NCBI GenBank assembly: GCA_945787105.1
Contig: CALZGZ010000105.1
Location: 19,730-83,729 of the forward strand
Source: an uncultured Gammaproteobacteria bacterium
GTDB lineage: Bacteria > Pseudomonadota > Gammaproteobacteria > Arenicellales > JAANXG01
DNA: 64,000 nt
Direction: 5' to 3'
Shown: piece after piece, positions 56,196 through 64,000 of the stretch
How positions within the stretch are numbered: the stretch's first letter is position 1
How the letters are laid out: each line of letters opens with the position of its first letter
Notes under the pieces: generated by a model
What the model was told of the DNA's origin: nothing
Database searches by the model: none
What the model saw: only the letters and a program-made list of their open reading frames with translations
Made by a program: the position numbers and the translations under genes

Positions 56196-58016
56196 ATGCC
56201 GGTCACGGATCCTTTTATCTGTGATGTCTCTAAACGGGTTTGGCGAGCCAAGTATCGATACAAAGATGGCGACACGGTTTATGATCGGACCATTGATGAT
56301 ACCTGGCGACGGGTTGCCCGCGCCGCCGCCGCCGTTGAGGATGACTCTGATCTTTGGTCGCAGTCTTTTTACGGCGCCCTGAAGGACTTTCGATTTATCC
56401 CTGGGGGACGGATCCTGGCAGGAGCCGGCACCGGCCGCAGGGTGACTTTATTCAACTGTTTTGTGATGAACGTTATCGAAGATTCGATTGATGGAATCTT
56501 CGATGCACTCAAGGAAGGCGCTATCACAATGCAACAAGGCGGTGGTGTAGGTTACGATTTCTCGACCCTGCGACCAGCGGGGACCTACACACGCACGGTG
56601 GGAAGTATCGCCTCAGGACCGGTGTCATTTATGCGGATCTGGGACAAGATGTGCGCAACCATACTCTCCACCGGTGCCCGGCGCGGCGCGATGATGGCAA
56701 CTTTGCGTTGTGATCATCCCGATGTTGAATTGTTTATTGATGCAAAAAAAGACAAGCACGAGCTGCGTCATTTCAATCTATCGGTATTAGTGAGCGACGC
56801 GTTCATGGATGCAGTGCGCAACGATCATCAATGGCCGCTGGTGTTTCCCGCCGATAGATTGGAAGACAACAGTGAAAATGCCGAGACCATTATGACCCTG
56901 TGGTCGGATTCCAACCGTCCAGTCGCGTGTCGCGTGATCAAACGCGTTCGTGCACAGGAACTTTGGGGGCGATTGATGCAGGCAACCTACGATTACGCTG
57001 AACCCGGCGTGTTGTTTTTGGATCGCATCAATGAAACCAATCCGTTGTCGTACCGGGAGCGAATTACGGCCACCAATCCGTGTGGCGAAGTGCCCTTGCC
57101 TCCATACGGCGCGTGTAATCTAGGATCGATTAATTTGACCCGCTTTGTTTTGCATGCTTTTCAAAAAGATGCCTGCATAGACTGGGCGGATCTGATTGAA
57201 ACCACAAAGACCGCGATACGATTCCTGGACAATGTGATCGATATATCCCGGTATCCGCTTGAAGCGCAGCGTGATCAAGCACTGGGGACTCGGCGTATTG
57301 GTTTGGGTATCACCGGTTTGGGCGATGCCTTAGCGATGTTGGGCCTGCATTACGATTCCGACGCGGGACGCGAGCAGGCGCAGCGATGCATTGCCGGCAT
57401 ATGCCACACGGCGTACCGTACGTCTACCGAACTGTCGCGCATAAAGGGGAGTTTTCCAGCGCTGGAAAGGAGTCTCCATCTCGGCGGCGCTTTTGTTCAA
57501 TCACTGCCGCACGACATACGCGACAGTATCGCCGAGAGCGGCCTGCGCAACAGTCACTTGCTCGCCATTGCTCCCACTGGATCGATAAGCTTGTTGGCGA
57601 ACAATGTATCGAGCGGTGTCGAACCCATTTATGATTTCACGTTCACGCGGCGTATTGTGGAACCGGATGGCGAATACTCCATGCACTCCGTCGATGATTT
57701 TGCTTGGCGGCTGTGGTGTGCGAAGCATGAACAGTGTAAGCCTCCTGCTTATTTTGTTACTGCGCGCAAGATCCGTCCGCAAGCTCATTTACAGATGCAG
57801 GCGGTGCTGCAGCCATACGTGGATCAAGCAATATCCAAGACGATTAATGTCAGCGAGGACGTGGCGTTCTCAGACTTCAAGGAACTCTATCATTGTGCCT
57901 ACGAAATGGGGCTGAAGGGATGCACGACCTACCGCTCCAATCCGATCACCGGTGAAGTGCTGTCTCCGGACCAGGATAATATCCACTGTTGCGTCATCGA
58001 GCGGGAGGGGGACTGA
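56196..58016 (+). CDS. nrdJ: adenosylcobalamin-dependent (class II) ribonucleotide reductase
   Basis: 'ATNPCGEVPLPPYGACNLGSINL' (class II thiyl-Cys loop), 'GGGVGYDFSTLRP', 'RRGAMMATL'. Confidence 0.85.
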   Translation: MPVTDPFICDVSKRVWRAKYRYKDGDTVYDRTIDDTWRRVARAAAAVEDDSDLWSQSFYGALKDFRFIPGGRILAGAGTGRRVTLFNCFVMNVIEDSIDGIFDALKEGAITMQQGGGVGYDFSTLRPAGTYTRTVGSIASGPVSFMRIWDKMCATILSTGARRGAMMATLRCDHPDVELFIDAKKDKHELRHFNLSVLVSDAFMDAVRNDHQWPLVFPADRLEDNSENAETIMTLWSDSNRPVACRVIKRVRAQELWGRLMQATYDYAEPGVLFLDRINETNPLSYRERITATNPCGEVPLPPYGACNLGSINLTRFVLHAFQKDACIDWADLIETTKTAIRFLDNVIDISRYPLEAQRDQALGTRRIGLGITGLGDALAMLGLHYDSDAGREQAQRCIAGICHTAYRTSTELSRIKGSFPALERSLHLGGAFVQSLPHDIRDSIAESGLRNSHLLAIAPTGSISLLANNVSSGVEPIYDFTFTRRIVEPDGEYSMHSVDDFAWRLWCAKHEQCKPPAYFVTARKIRPQAHLQMQAVLQPYVDQAISKTINVSEDVAFSDFKELYHCAYEMGLKGCTTYRSNPITGEVLSPDQDNIHCCVIEREGD

Positions 58017-58217
58017 GCGCTGTTGCCGCCGGCAAGCCTCATGTCTGACTGGTTTAGTTGATCTACGAGAGTTCATCGGGGCGCGGGGAGAGGAGAGCGC
58101 AAAGTGGAGAGTGAGACAGTTGGATACATCCCCGGGACAGGTTTCGCGCAGACTTGTACTGCGGTATGTGTAGAATATGCCTTATTTCAAATACTCATTC
58201 AGCTTGGAGAATGGAAC

Positions 58218-58685
58218 ATGGCAATAGAAGAGGGGAAAGCGGCGCCGGCGTTTACACTAAAAGACAGAAACGGCGACAAAATCGCATTACGGGACCTGCG
58301 CGGTAAGAATGTAATTGTGTATTTTTATCCGCGGGATGACACCCCGGGTTGCACCAAGGAGGCCTGCGGTTTTCGCGACTTGTGGAAGAAGATCCAAAAA
58401 TTTGACACTGTCGTTTTGGGTATCTCTCCGGACAGCGAGGCGTCGCATGAGAAATTCGCCACCAAGTACAAGCTGCCATTCACATTGTTGTCGGATCCCG
58501 ATCGGAAAGTGATGACTAAATATGGCGCGTATGGTGAAAAAATGATGTATGGAAAAAAGACCATGGGCGTGATTCGATCCACGGTGTGGGTTGGGCCTAA
58601 CGGCAAAGTAAGAAAACACTGGAAAAAGGTGGCCAAGGCCGCCGATCATCCGGCGAAAGTTTTGGAGGCCCTGAACGCGGAATAG
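58218..58685 (+). CDS. bcp: thiol peroxidase Bcp (peroxiredoxin)
   Basis: A GGAGA sequence lies 8 nt upstream of the ATG at 58218. 'VIVYFYPRDDTPGCTKEACGFRD' carries the peroxidatic and resolving Cys. Confidence 0.9.
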   Translation: MAIEEGKAAPAFTLKDRNGDKIALRDLRGKNVIVYFYPRDDTPGCTKEACGFRDLWKKIQKFDTVVLGISPDSEASHEKFATKYKLPFTLLSDPDRKVMTKYGAYGEKMMYGKKTMGVIRSTVWVGPNGKVRKHWKKVAKAADHPAKVLEALNAE

Positions 58686-58865
58686 GAATGGTTACAAGAA
58701 AATGGAGATGTAATTATCCAGGTTGACGTGTGAAGTATAATAAGATCTTTGCTGGGCATGGTGCATAGGTCTTGTGTTTTGGGTTGCGCGGGTAAGACGC
58801 GAAGGTTTTGTTCCATCCAGATTCTGATCCCCAGCGACGCTTGAGGTGCAGTCATTCGAATCATT

Positions 58866-59288
58866 ATGTACCGGTTTGCCATCAGCGTATTGTGTTGCTT
58901 GGGTGTCACTTTGGCCGGTTGCGGTGGAAATAGCACCAGCAGCGGCGGGCCCACGCCTCTTGCCGGAACCTATGATGGGTCGGTGAGCGTGGCCGGCGTC
59001 GGCTCTAACGCGCTGACCATCGTCATTGCCGTAAACGGAGAGATCACCTTTGAAGTCTCCGGTGGCGGCATTGTGTGTAGGGGCGATGTCCCCGAGGATT
59101 TGGAACTGGATGGCGATTCGTTTGACGCCTCCGACAGCGGGGAATGTTTAATTGGCGGTTTCCCGTGCCCAACGACGACCGTGATCACGGGCGTGATCTC
59201 CGGGGGCACCATCACCGGATCGGGCCAGGTGTTGGTGGGATGCCCGGCGTCCTTTCAACCTTTTGATTTTAGATTTGTCGCCCGGTAG
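58866..59288 (+). CDS. hypothetical lipoprotein
   Basis: Lipobox 'VTLAGC' after a hydrophobic leader. The mature part is Gly/Ser-rich. Confidence 0.6.
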   Translation: MYRFAISVLCCLGVTLAGCGGNSTSSGGPTPLAGTYDGSVSVAGVGSNALTIVIAVNGEITFEVSGGGIVCRGDVPEDLELDGDSFDASDSGECLIGGFPCPTTTVITGVISGGTITGSGQVLVGCPASFQPFDFRFVAR

Positions 59289-59590
59289 CGGTTGCACGTC
59301 ATGTTGACCGGACCGCTACGCAACGGTCGCCTGTTATCCACGAGTACGCGGCGCCGGCAATGCCGCGGTATGCAATGAATGTTCATCCTCACCACTCTAG
59401 TCGGTATAAGTATTATGGCGATGTACGGTACGCCTTAGGTAATCAGGATCCAGACAGTGCGAATAGGCGTGGGTTCAATTTTCTGATCAACAAGACACAC
59501 GCATCAGCGGCTCAGCACCGCCTTCCGGTTCGTATGAATCGAATAGCACTTTCGGTAGCGGAGCGGGAGCGGTAACGGGCTTATCGGTAA

Positions 59591-59611
59591 GAATGTTATT
59601 ATATAAACATC
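59591..59611. promoter_or_regulatory. Zur-box-like AT-rich inverted repeat upstream of znuA
   Basis: 'GAATGTTATTATATAAACATC' has half-sites ATGTTAT and ATGTT(T)AT (reverse complement) with one indel. It lies 44-64 nt upstream of the znuA start. Confidence 0.5.
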
Positions 59612-59654
59612 AGAGTCTTGGGTTTACGCATGTCGCCAGAAACGATGTAGTTCG

Positions 59655-60521
59655 GTGTCAACGAAACAAACGGTGTTATGGATATTGATCGTTTTGTGGA
59701 CCCTACCGGCCGCGGCGTCACGGTTATCCGTATTTGTGAGCGTCGTGCCGCAACGCTATTTCCTGGAACGAATTGGTGGGGAGCATGTTCGTGTATCGGT
59801 TCTGGTAAAACCGGGCCACAGTCCCACCACGTACGAGCCGACACCGAAACAAATGACCGCTTTGGCGGCTGCCGATCTGTATATACGTATCGGAGTACCG
59901 TTTGAAGACGCATGGATGGAGCGCATCGCATCATCCAACCCGAACTTGATGGTCATCGATGCGCGTGACGGATTACCACTGCGGGATATGACCGCGCATC
60001 AGGACCCCGGAGGGCAGCATCCGACTCATAGCGGAAGAAAAGATCCCCATATCTGGTTGAGTCCCCCATTGGCCTTGAAGATGGCCGCGCAATTATTCGA
60101 CAGGTTGAGTGAACTCGATCCCGGCCACCGCGCAGATTATGAAAAAAACTATCGTCATCTCGCAGCCGATCTTGAACGACTCGATCAAGACATCCGGACC
60201 TTGTTAGCGAATCTCCACAAGCGTAGTTTCATGGTATTTCATCCAGCCTGGGGCTATTTTGCCGATACCTATGGGTTGCAACAGGTCCCCATCGAAGTCG
60301 AGGGGAAAGTGCCCGGCCCCAGATCCTTGGCGCGGCTGATCGACAGCGCCAGAGCACAGGGAGTGAAGACCGTGTTCGTGGACCGTCGAATCAGTCACAA
60401 ACACGCTCATACCGTCGCGGACGCGATCGGTGGTCGGGTCGTTACCATTGATCCACTGGCAGAAGACTATATGCAGAACTTACGCCAGGTGGCCCGGATC
60501 TTGGCATCGGTGAACCAATGA
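59655..60521 (+). CDS. znuA: zinc ABC transporter substrate-binding protein (cluster 9 SBP)
   Basis: Signal peptide, 'KPGHSPTTYEP', 'DPHIWLSP', and a His-rich loop 'AHQDPGGQHPTHSGRKDPH'. Confidence 0.8.
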   Translation: MSTKQTVLWILIVLWTLPAAASRLSVFVSVVPQRYFLERIGGEHVRVSVLVKPGHSPTTYEPTPKQMTALAAADLYIRIGVPFEDAWMERIASSNPNLMVIDARDGLPLRDMTAHQDPGGQHPTHSGRKDPHIWLSPPLALKMAAQLFDRLSELDPGHRADYEKNYRHLAADLERLDQDIRTLLANLHKRSFMVFHPAWGYFADTYGLQQVPIEVEGKVPGPRSLARLIDSARAQGVKTVFVDRRISHKHAHTVADAIGGRVVTIDPLAEDYMQNLRQVARILASVNQ

Positions 60522-61246
60522 CAGCGGTGATAAGCGTTAAAGATGTCACCTTTTCCTATGGCGGTCCGGTGGTGCTGGAAGACGTACACCTCGATGTCGA
60601 AGATGGTGAATTTCTCGGTGTCGTCGGACCCAACGCTGGGGGGAAAAGTACATTACTCCGACTCATGCTCGGACTGCTGGAGCCGACAACCGGCAGCATT
60701 GAGGTCGGTGGCCGAGACCCAAGTGAAGGATCTCGAGCGATCGGTTACGTTCCCCAATATCCACCGTTTGCCCGCGATTTTCCAATCACAGTGGAACAAA
60801 CCGTTCTACTGGGGCGGTTAGGAACCGCCCGCGCGCTGGGCGGGTACTCACGACGGGATCGTGACGTCGCCAATCGGGTGATGACGGAGACCGAAAGCTT
60901 GAATATTCGCGGCCGGCGTCTCAACACGCTGTCCGGGGGGCAGTTGCAAAGGGTGTTATTGGCCCGCGCCCTGGCCAGCGAGCCCAAGATCTTGATGCTG
61001 GACGAACCGACGGCAAATATTGATGTGCGTATGGAATCGGATATTTATGAATTGCTCAGGAACCTCAATCAGCGGGCGACGATCATCGTGGTTTCGCACG
61101 ACATCGGATTCATCTCGCAGTACGTTGGGCGAGTCGCGTGCGTCAACCGAACTTTGATTTGTCATGCAACGCTTGCCATCGATGGCAAGGTGATTCAGGA
61201 GCTTTATGGCGGTGATGTGCATATGGTCGAGCATTCGCATGGTTAG
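60518..61246 (+). CDS. znuC: zinc ABC transporter ATP-binding protein
   Basis: Walker A 'GPNAGGKST', signature 'LSGGQLQRV', Walker B 'ILMLDEP'. A 4-nt overlap with znuA. Confidence 0.85.
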   Translation: MTAVISVKDVTFSYGGPVVLEDVHLDVEDGEFLGVVGPNAGGKSTLLRLMLGLLEPTTGSIEVGGRDPSEGSRAIGYVPQYPPFARDFPITVEQTVLLGRLGTARALGGYSRRDRDVANRVMTETESLNIRGRRLNTLSGGQLQRVLLARALASEPKILMLDEPTANIDVRMESDIYELLRNLNQRATIIVVSHDIGFISQYVGRVACVNRTLICHATLAIDGKVIQELYGGDVHMVEHSHG

Positions 61247-61255
61247 CGCGAGCTG

Positions 61256-62098
61256 ATGGAATTTCTTCAGTCGCTGACACAACACGCGTTTTTACAGCAC
61301 GCTGTACTGGCAGGACTGCTGGCGAGTATTGGATGTGGTGTCATGGGCAGTTACGTGGTCGTGAAACGGATCGGGTTCTTGGCTAGCGGAATCGCCCATG
61401 CGGTGCTTGGCGGAATGGGTGCTGCATTCTTCTTCGGCGCCGAACCGATGTATGGTGCTCTGATTGCGGCGATTATGGTGGCATTGCTCATCGGCTGGGC
61501 TACCCTCGGCTGCCGACAGCAGGAAGACACCTTGATTGGTGCGATGTGGGCCGTAGGGATGGCCACCGGCATATTGTTCATTTCCCAAACACCGGGTTAT
61601 CAGGTTGATCTGATGACTTATTTATTCGGCAACATCCTGTTAGTGACGTCACAAGATCTGTGGTTGATGATGGCGCTGGATATACTGCTGCTGTTGCTGG
61701 TGATGCTGTACTACCGTCAGTTTCTCGCAGTCGCCTTCGATGAGGAATTCGCACGTCTTCGAGGCGTCCCGGTGGCATTGTTCTATATGCTGTTGCTCTG
61801 TTTGGTCGCCGTGTCCGTGGTATTGCTGATTCGAATTGTGGGATTGGTTTTGGTAATTGCCTTGCTCACATTGCCGGCAGCCATCGCATTACAGTTTGTC
61901 CACACCGTTGGCCGCATGATGATTGTTGCAACCGTTTTAGGCGCATTGTTTTGCGTCTTGGGACTTGCCGTTTCTTATCAGCCAGATTTACCCGCCGGTG
62001 CTACGATCATTCTCGTGGCAGGCATGGCCTATTTATTTTCCACACTTTTTACTAGTCTTCGTCAAAGATACAGAGCTCGAGTAATTTCGACACGATAA
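61256..62098 (+). CDS. znuB: zinc ABC transporter permease
   Basis: 280-aa polytopic protein in the ABC-3 family pattern, downstream of znuC. Confidence 0.85.
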   Translation: MEFLQSLTQHAFLQHAVLAGLLASIGCGVMGSYVVVKRIGFLASGIAHAVLGGMGAAFFFGAEPMYGALIAAIMVALLIGWATLGCRQQEDTLIGAMWAVGMATGILFISQTPGYQVDLMTYLFGNILLVTSQDLWLMMALDILLLLLVMLYYRQFLAVAFDEEFARLRGVPVALFYMLLLCLVAVSVVLLIRIVGLVLVIALLTLPAAIALQFVHTVGRMMIVATVLGALFCVLGLAVSYQPDLPAGATIILVAGMAYLFSTLFTSLRQRYRARVISTR

Positions 62099-62193
62099 AC
62101 GTGTTGAATTAATTTCAAGTAAATCTGTGACTATGTGACAAAACCGCTATTACCGAATCTTAATGTCAGTTACACTGCTTAGCGCACGGTCTA

Positions 62194-62676
62194 TTGACTC
62201 ACATGGAATTGTTTATTGTGACGATGTCACCAAACAAGTTAACAGATCGACGTATCGGTTCCGATCGACGTCAACGTCGCTTTCGCGCTTTTTTGTATCA
62301 ATTTACACATCAGCGACGCCGCAGTGATCGGCGATGTACCGCAACGGCTTGCTATGTTGATGTTCATGAACCAATGCTGTTGCTTATTACCCTGACTGCT
62401 TTGTTGTTGTGCATCATCGATAGCTACAACACATTGTTGTTGTTGGACTTGGGCGGCGTGGAAATCAATCCGTTGATGCGCGAGTTGGTCGACCGCGATG
62501 CTACGTTATTTTTCGGCGTCAAGTATGTCATCACCGCGTTTTGCCTCATGATATTGGTGGTCCACAAGCGCTTTTTGTTATTGAAAATTGTGTCCGGCTA
62601 CCACATTATCATCGCGGTGATTTTTGGCTATACAATACTCATCGGCTACCAGTATCGTTTACTAGCTCTAATCTAG
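62194..62676 (+). CDS. small membrane protein with Arg-rich 'DRR' repeat N terminus (DUF5658-like)
   Basis: The N terminus is 'LTDRRIGSDRRQRRFRAF...QRRRSDRRC', followed by 3-4 TM helices. It lies in an AT-rich stretch. The start is uncertain (in-frame ATGs at 62203 and 62224 downstream of the ORF-track start). Confidence 0.5.
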   Translation: MTHMELFIVTMSPNKLTDRRIGSDRRQRRFRAFLYQFTHQRRRSDRRCTATACYVDVHEPMLLLITLTALLLCIIDSYNTLLLLDLGGVEINPLMRELVDRDATLFFGVKYVITAFCLMILVVHKRFLLLKIVSGYHIIIAVIFGYTILIGYQYRLLALI

Positions 62677-63336
62677 CTTCTTTACATCACTATCTAACAT
62701 TCGCACGACCTCTTGGTGACCGCGGGCTTTGGCAAGATCCAGCGCGGTCGCATCCCACCGGTTTTTGATGTTTGGGATGGCGCCCCGCTCGAGCAGCAGC
62801 GCGACGACTTCACGATGCCCGGCGAGGGCGGCTTCATGGAGTGGTGTCGAGTGGCCAACATTAAAAGCATTGATATTTGCGCCGGTATCCAACAACAACC
62901 GGATCATTCTGACCCGTCCTCGCGCCGCCGCATGATGCAGCGGCGTGAGCCCGAATTCGTCATAGATATTGAGATTCGCGCCCTCGGAGACTAGCAATTT
63001 AACTAGATAGTAGTGATCGAACAGCACGGCACCGTTCAGCGCTGTCAAATGCTTAGGCCCGAGTATGTCTAGATCGGCGCCGGCCCGCACCAGAGTTTCC
63101 ACAACCTGGTAGTGCCCACGAATGCTTGCTTGGGTCAGGGCAGTGCGGTGTCTATCATCCTTGCTGTTGACGGCGACGCCTTGCTGGATGAGTCGCTGCA
63201 CGGTATCCAAGTCGCCGCGCGCTGCGGCGTCAATGAAATGCGCGCTGGTCTGTGCCGACGATGCGGGAGGTTGTTGTGAGACCGCGGTACCGCACCAACC
63301 TATCAACAGTAGTAGCAGAACAAGAAACTGGTTCAC
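62668..63336 (-). CDS. secreted ankyrin-repeat protein
   Basis: The GTG start at 63336 gives the signal 'VNQFLVLLLLLIGWCGTAVS'. There are at least 5 ankyrin repeats ('TPLHHAAARGRVRMIRLLLDTGANIN', 'TPLHEAALAGHREVVALLLERGA'). Confidence 0.8.
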   Translation of the reverse strand: MNQFLVLLLLLIGWCGTAVSQQPPASSAQTSAHFIDAAARGDLDTVQRLIQQGVAVNSKDDRHRTALTQASIRGHYQVVETLVRAGADLDILGPKHLTALNGAVLFDHYYLVKLLVSEGANLNIYDEFGLTPLHHAAARGRVRMIRLLLDTGANINAFNVGHSTPLHEAALAGHREVVALLLERGAIPNIKNRWDATALDLAKARGHQEVVRMLDSDVKKLD

Positions 63337-63359
63337 GCCGTTTACTATATAACTAATGG

Positions 63360-63395
63360 GCGTAAAGAAGGGGCCTTGCGGCCCCTTCTTTACGC
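63360..63395 (-). terminator. perfect 16-bp hairpin 12 nt downstream of soxB
   Basis: 'GCGTAAAGAAGGGGCC' (63360-63375), loop TTGC, 'GGCCCCTTCTTTACGC' (63380-63395). It is followed on the minus strand by an AT-rich 'CCATTAGTTATATAG'. Confidence 0.6.
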
Positions 63396-63406
63396 GAATC
63401 AATCGG

Positions 63407-64000
63407 CTAGCTCATTGATATACCCGGGTTGCCTTCGATGCCCTTGACTACCGGAACGTTAGCGTCGACTTCTTTGATCACCTTCTTGTCACGCAGGTAT
63501 TCGGCAACGACATCCCATACCTCGGGCAGGCTGTCCGGCTGCGGATTGACGCTCGCCCAACCGGCTACCATGTAGGTCTTTGAAGCGTCCAATGGCTTAC
63601 CGTTGAGTTCCAGATTGGACAACCGTTGCCCAATCTTCTGCGTCGGGTCAATGGTGTACTTGAGACCACCGATGCGTACCATGTCTCCGCCCATCTGATA
63701 GTAGGGATCGACATTGAAAAGATTGTCCGCAATGTCTTCCAGGATATTCTTTATCAGCTCTCCATTCATCTCGTTTAGAGTCGACTTCGCGTACGTGATG
63801 CCGGTTTGATCCATCAGTCGTTCCATCGTGATGGTATCGCCGGGCAGCAGGCTGGTGCCCCAACGGAACCCCGGTGAGAACGCGATGTCGGCTCCGCGTA
63901 CATCTATTAATGCATCTACGATCAATTGATCAAACGTGCCGTTGAAATTACCTCTCCGATAAAGAGTGGTTTCGGTGAGCGCCAGTTCTTCCGCCAGCTT
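63407..64000 (-). CDS. soxB: thiosulfohydrolase SoxB, C-terminal part (5' end beyond window)
   Basis: The frame is open to the window edge ('KLAEELALTETTLYRRGNFNGTFDQLIVDALIDVRGADIAFSPGFRWG...'). It has a 5'-nucleotidase C-terminal-domain pattern and a SoxB-like tail 'VVKGIEGNPG'. Confidence 0.8.
   Translation of the reverse strand, partial: KLAEELALTETTLYRRGNFNGTFDQLIVDALIDVRGADIAFSPGFRWGTSLLPGDTITMERLMDQTGITYAKSTLNEMNGELIKNILEDIADNLFNVDPYYQMGGDMVRIGGLKYTIDPTQKIGQRLSNLELNGKPLDASKTYMVAGWASVNPQPDSLPEVWDVVAEYLRDKKVIKEVDANVPVVKGIEGNPGISMS

Noticed and set aside
63337-63402. N-terminal extension of the ankyrin ORF ('MIRVKKGPQGPFFTPISYIVNG').
   Set aside because: It translates the perfect 16-bp hairpin that follows soxB. 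A GTG at 63336 gives a normal signal peptide, so the upstream part is taken as terminator sequence, not coding.

Overview
This 64 kb window is a GC-rich bacterial chromosomal segment with several visibly AT-richer islands. I found no rRNA, tRNA, CRISPR array, intact IS element or prophage. All function calls rest on motif and family recognition in the translated ORFs; nothing was searched against a database.

Gene content, in order along the window:
- Tail of a respiratory nitrate reductase operon: narI (cut by the window edge), then three NarK-type transporter modules. One is stand-alone and two are fused in a 920-aa protein.
- soxX-soxA follows the fusion gene after a 14-nt spacer.
- A split secreted helical protein, a periplasmic protein with two PilJ/NarX-type modules, and a monoheme cytochrome c.
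- A minus-strand organic-acid uptake and oxidation cluster (tctCAB, an enolase-superfamily dehydratase, two dehydrogenases). Its 5' end is decayed: a frameshifted, truncated UxaA-family gene and an 82-aa GntR stub.
- A PilZ protein, a CaCA antiporter, an M15 peptidase and a ~1285-aa DUF3683/FAD/Fe-S fusion oxidoreductase.
- pcm and an exbB-exbD-exbD-tonB operon.
- dinB, then korAB with a translationally coupled ferritin-like gene, then a MenA-like prenyltransferase.
- A nucleic-acid repair neighbourhood: APH-like/P-loop kinase, YbaK-like protein, rtcB, archease, and a divergent PolX.
- A TonB-dependent receptor beside a twice-frameshifted Cys/His-rich secreted protein, and a PQQ dehydrogenase with its cytochrome c.
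- A LonC-like protease with degenerate Walker motifs, coupled to a tandem USP-like protein and followed by class II RNR nrdJ.
- bcp, then znuABC with a Zur-box-like operator, an ankyrin protein, and the 3' part of soxB.

The content fits a nitrate-respiring, thiosulfate-oxidising proteobacterium; that is inference only.

Main non-genic signal: four copies of a ~240-320 bp noncoding element with ~20-bp terminal inverted repeats and flanking TA dinucleotides (MITE-like). Copy B sits exactly in what reconstructs as a TAATG stop/start overlap between exbD and tonB. Copy D ends on the rtcB stop codon.

Second pattern: four single-base frame breaks in three genes, all at homopolymer runs. These are either assembly errors or real gene decay.
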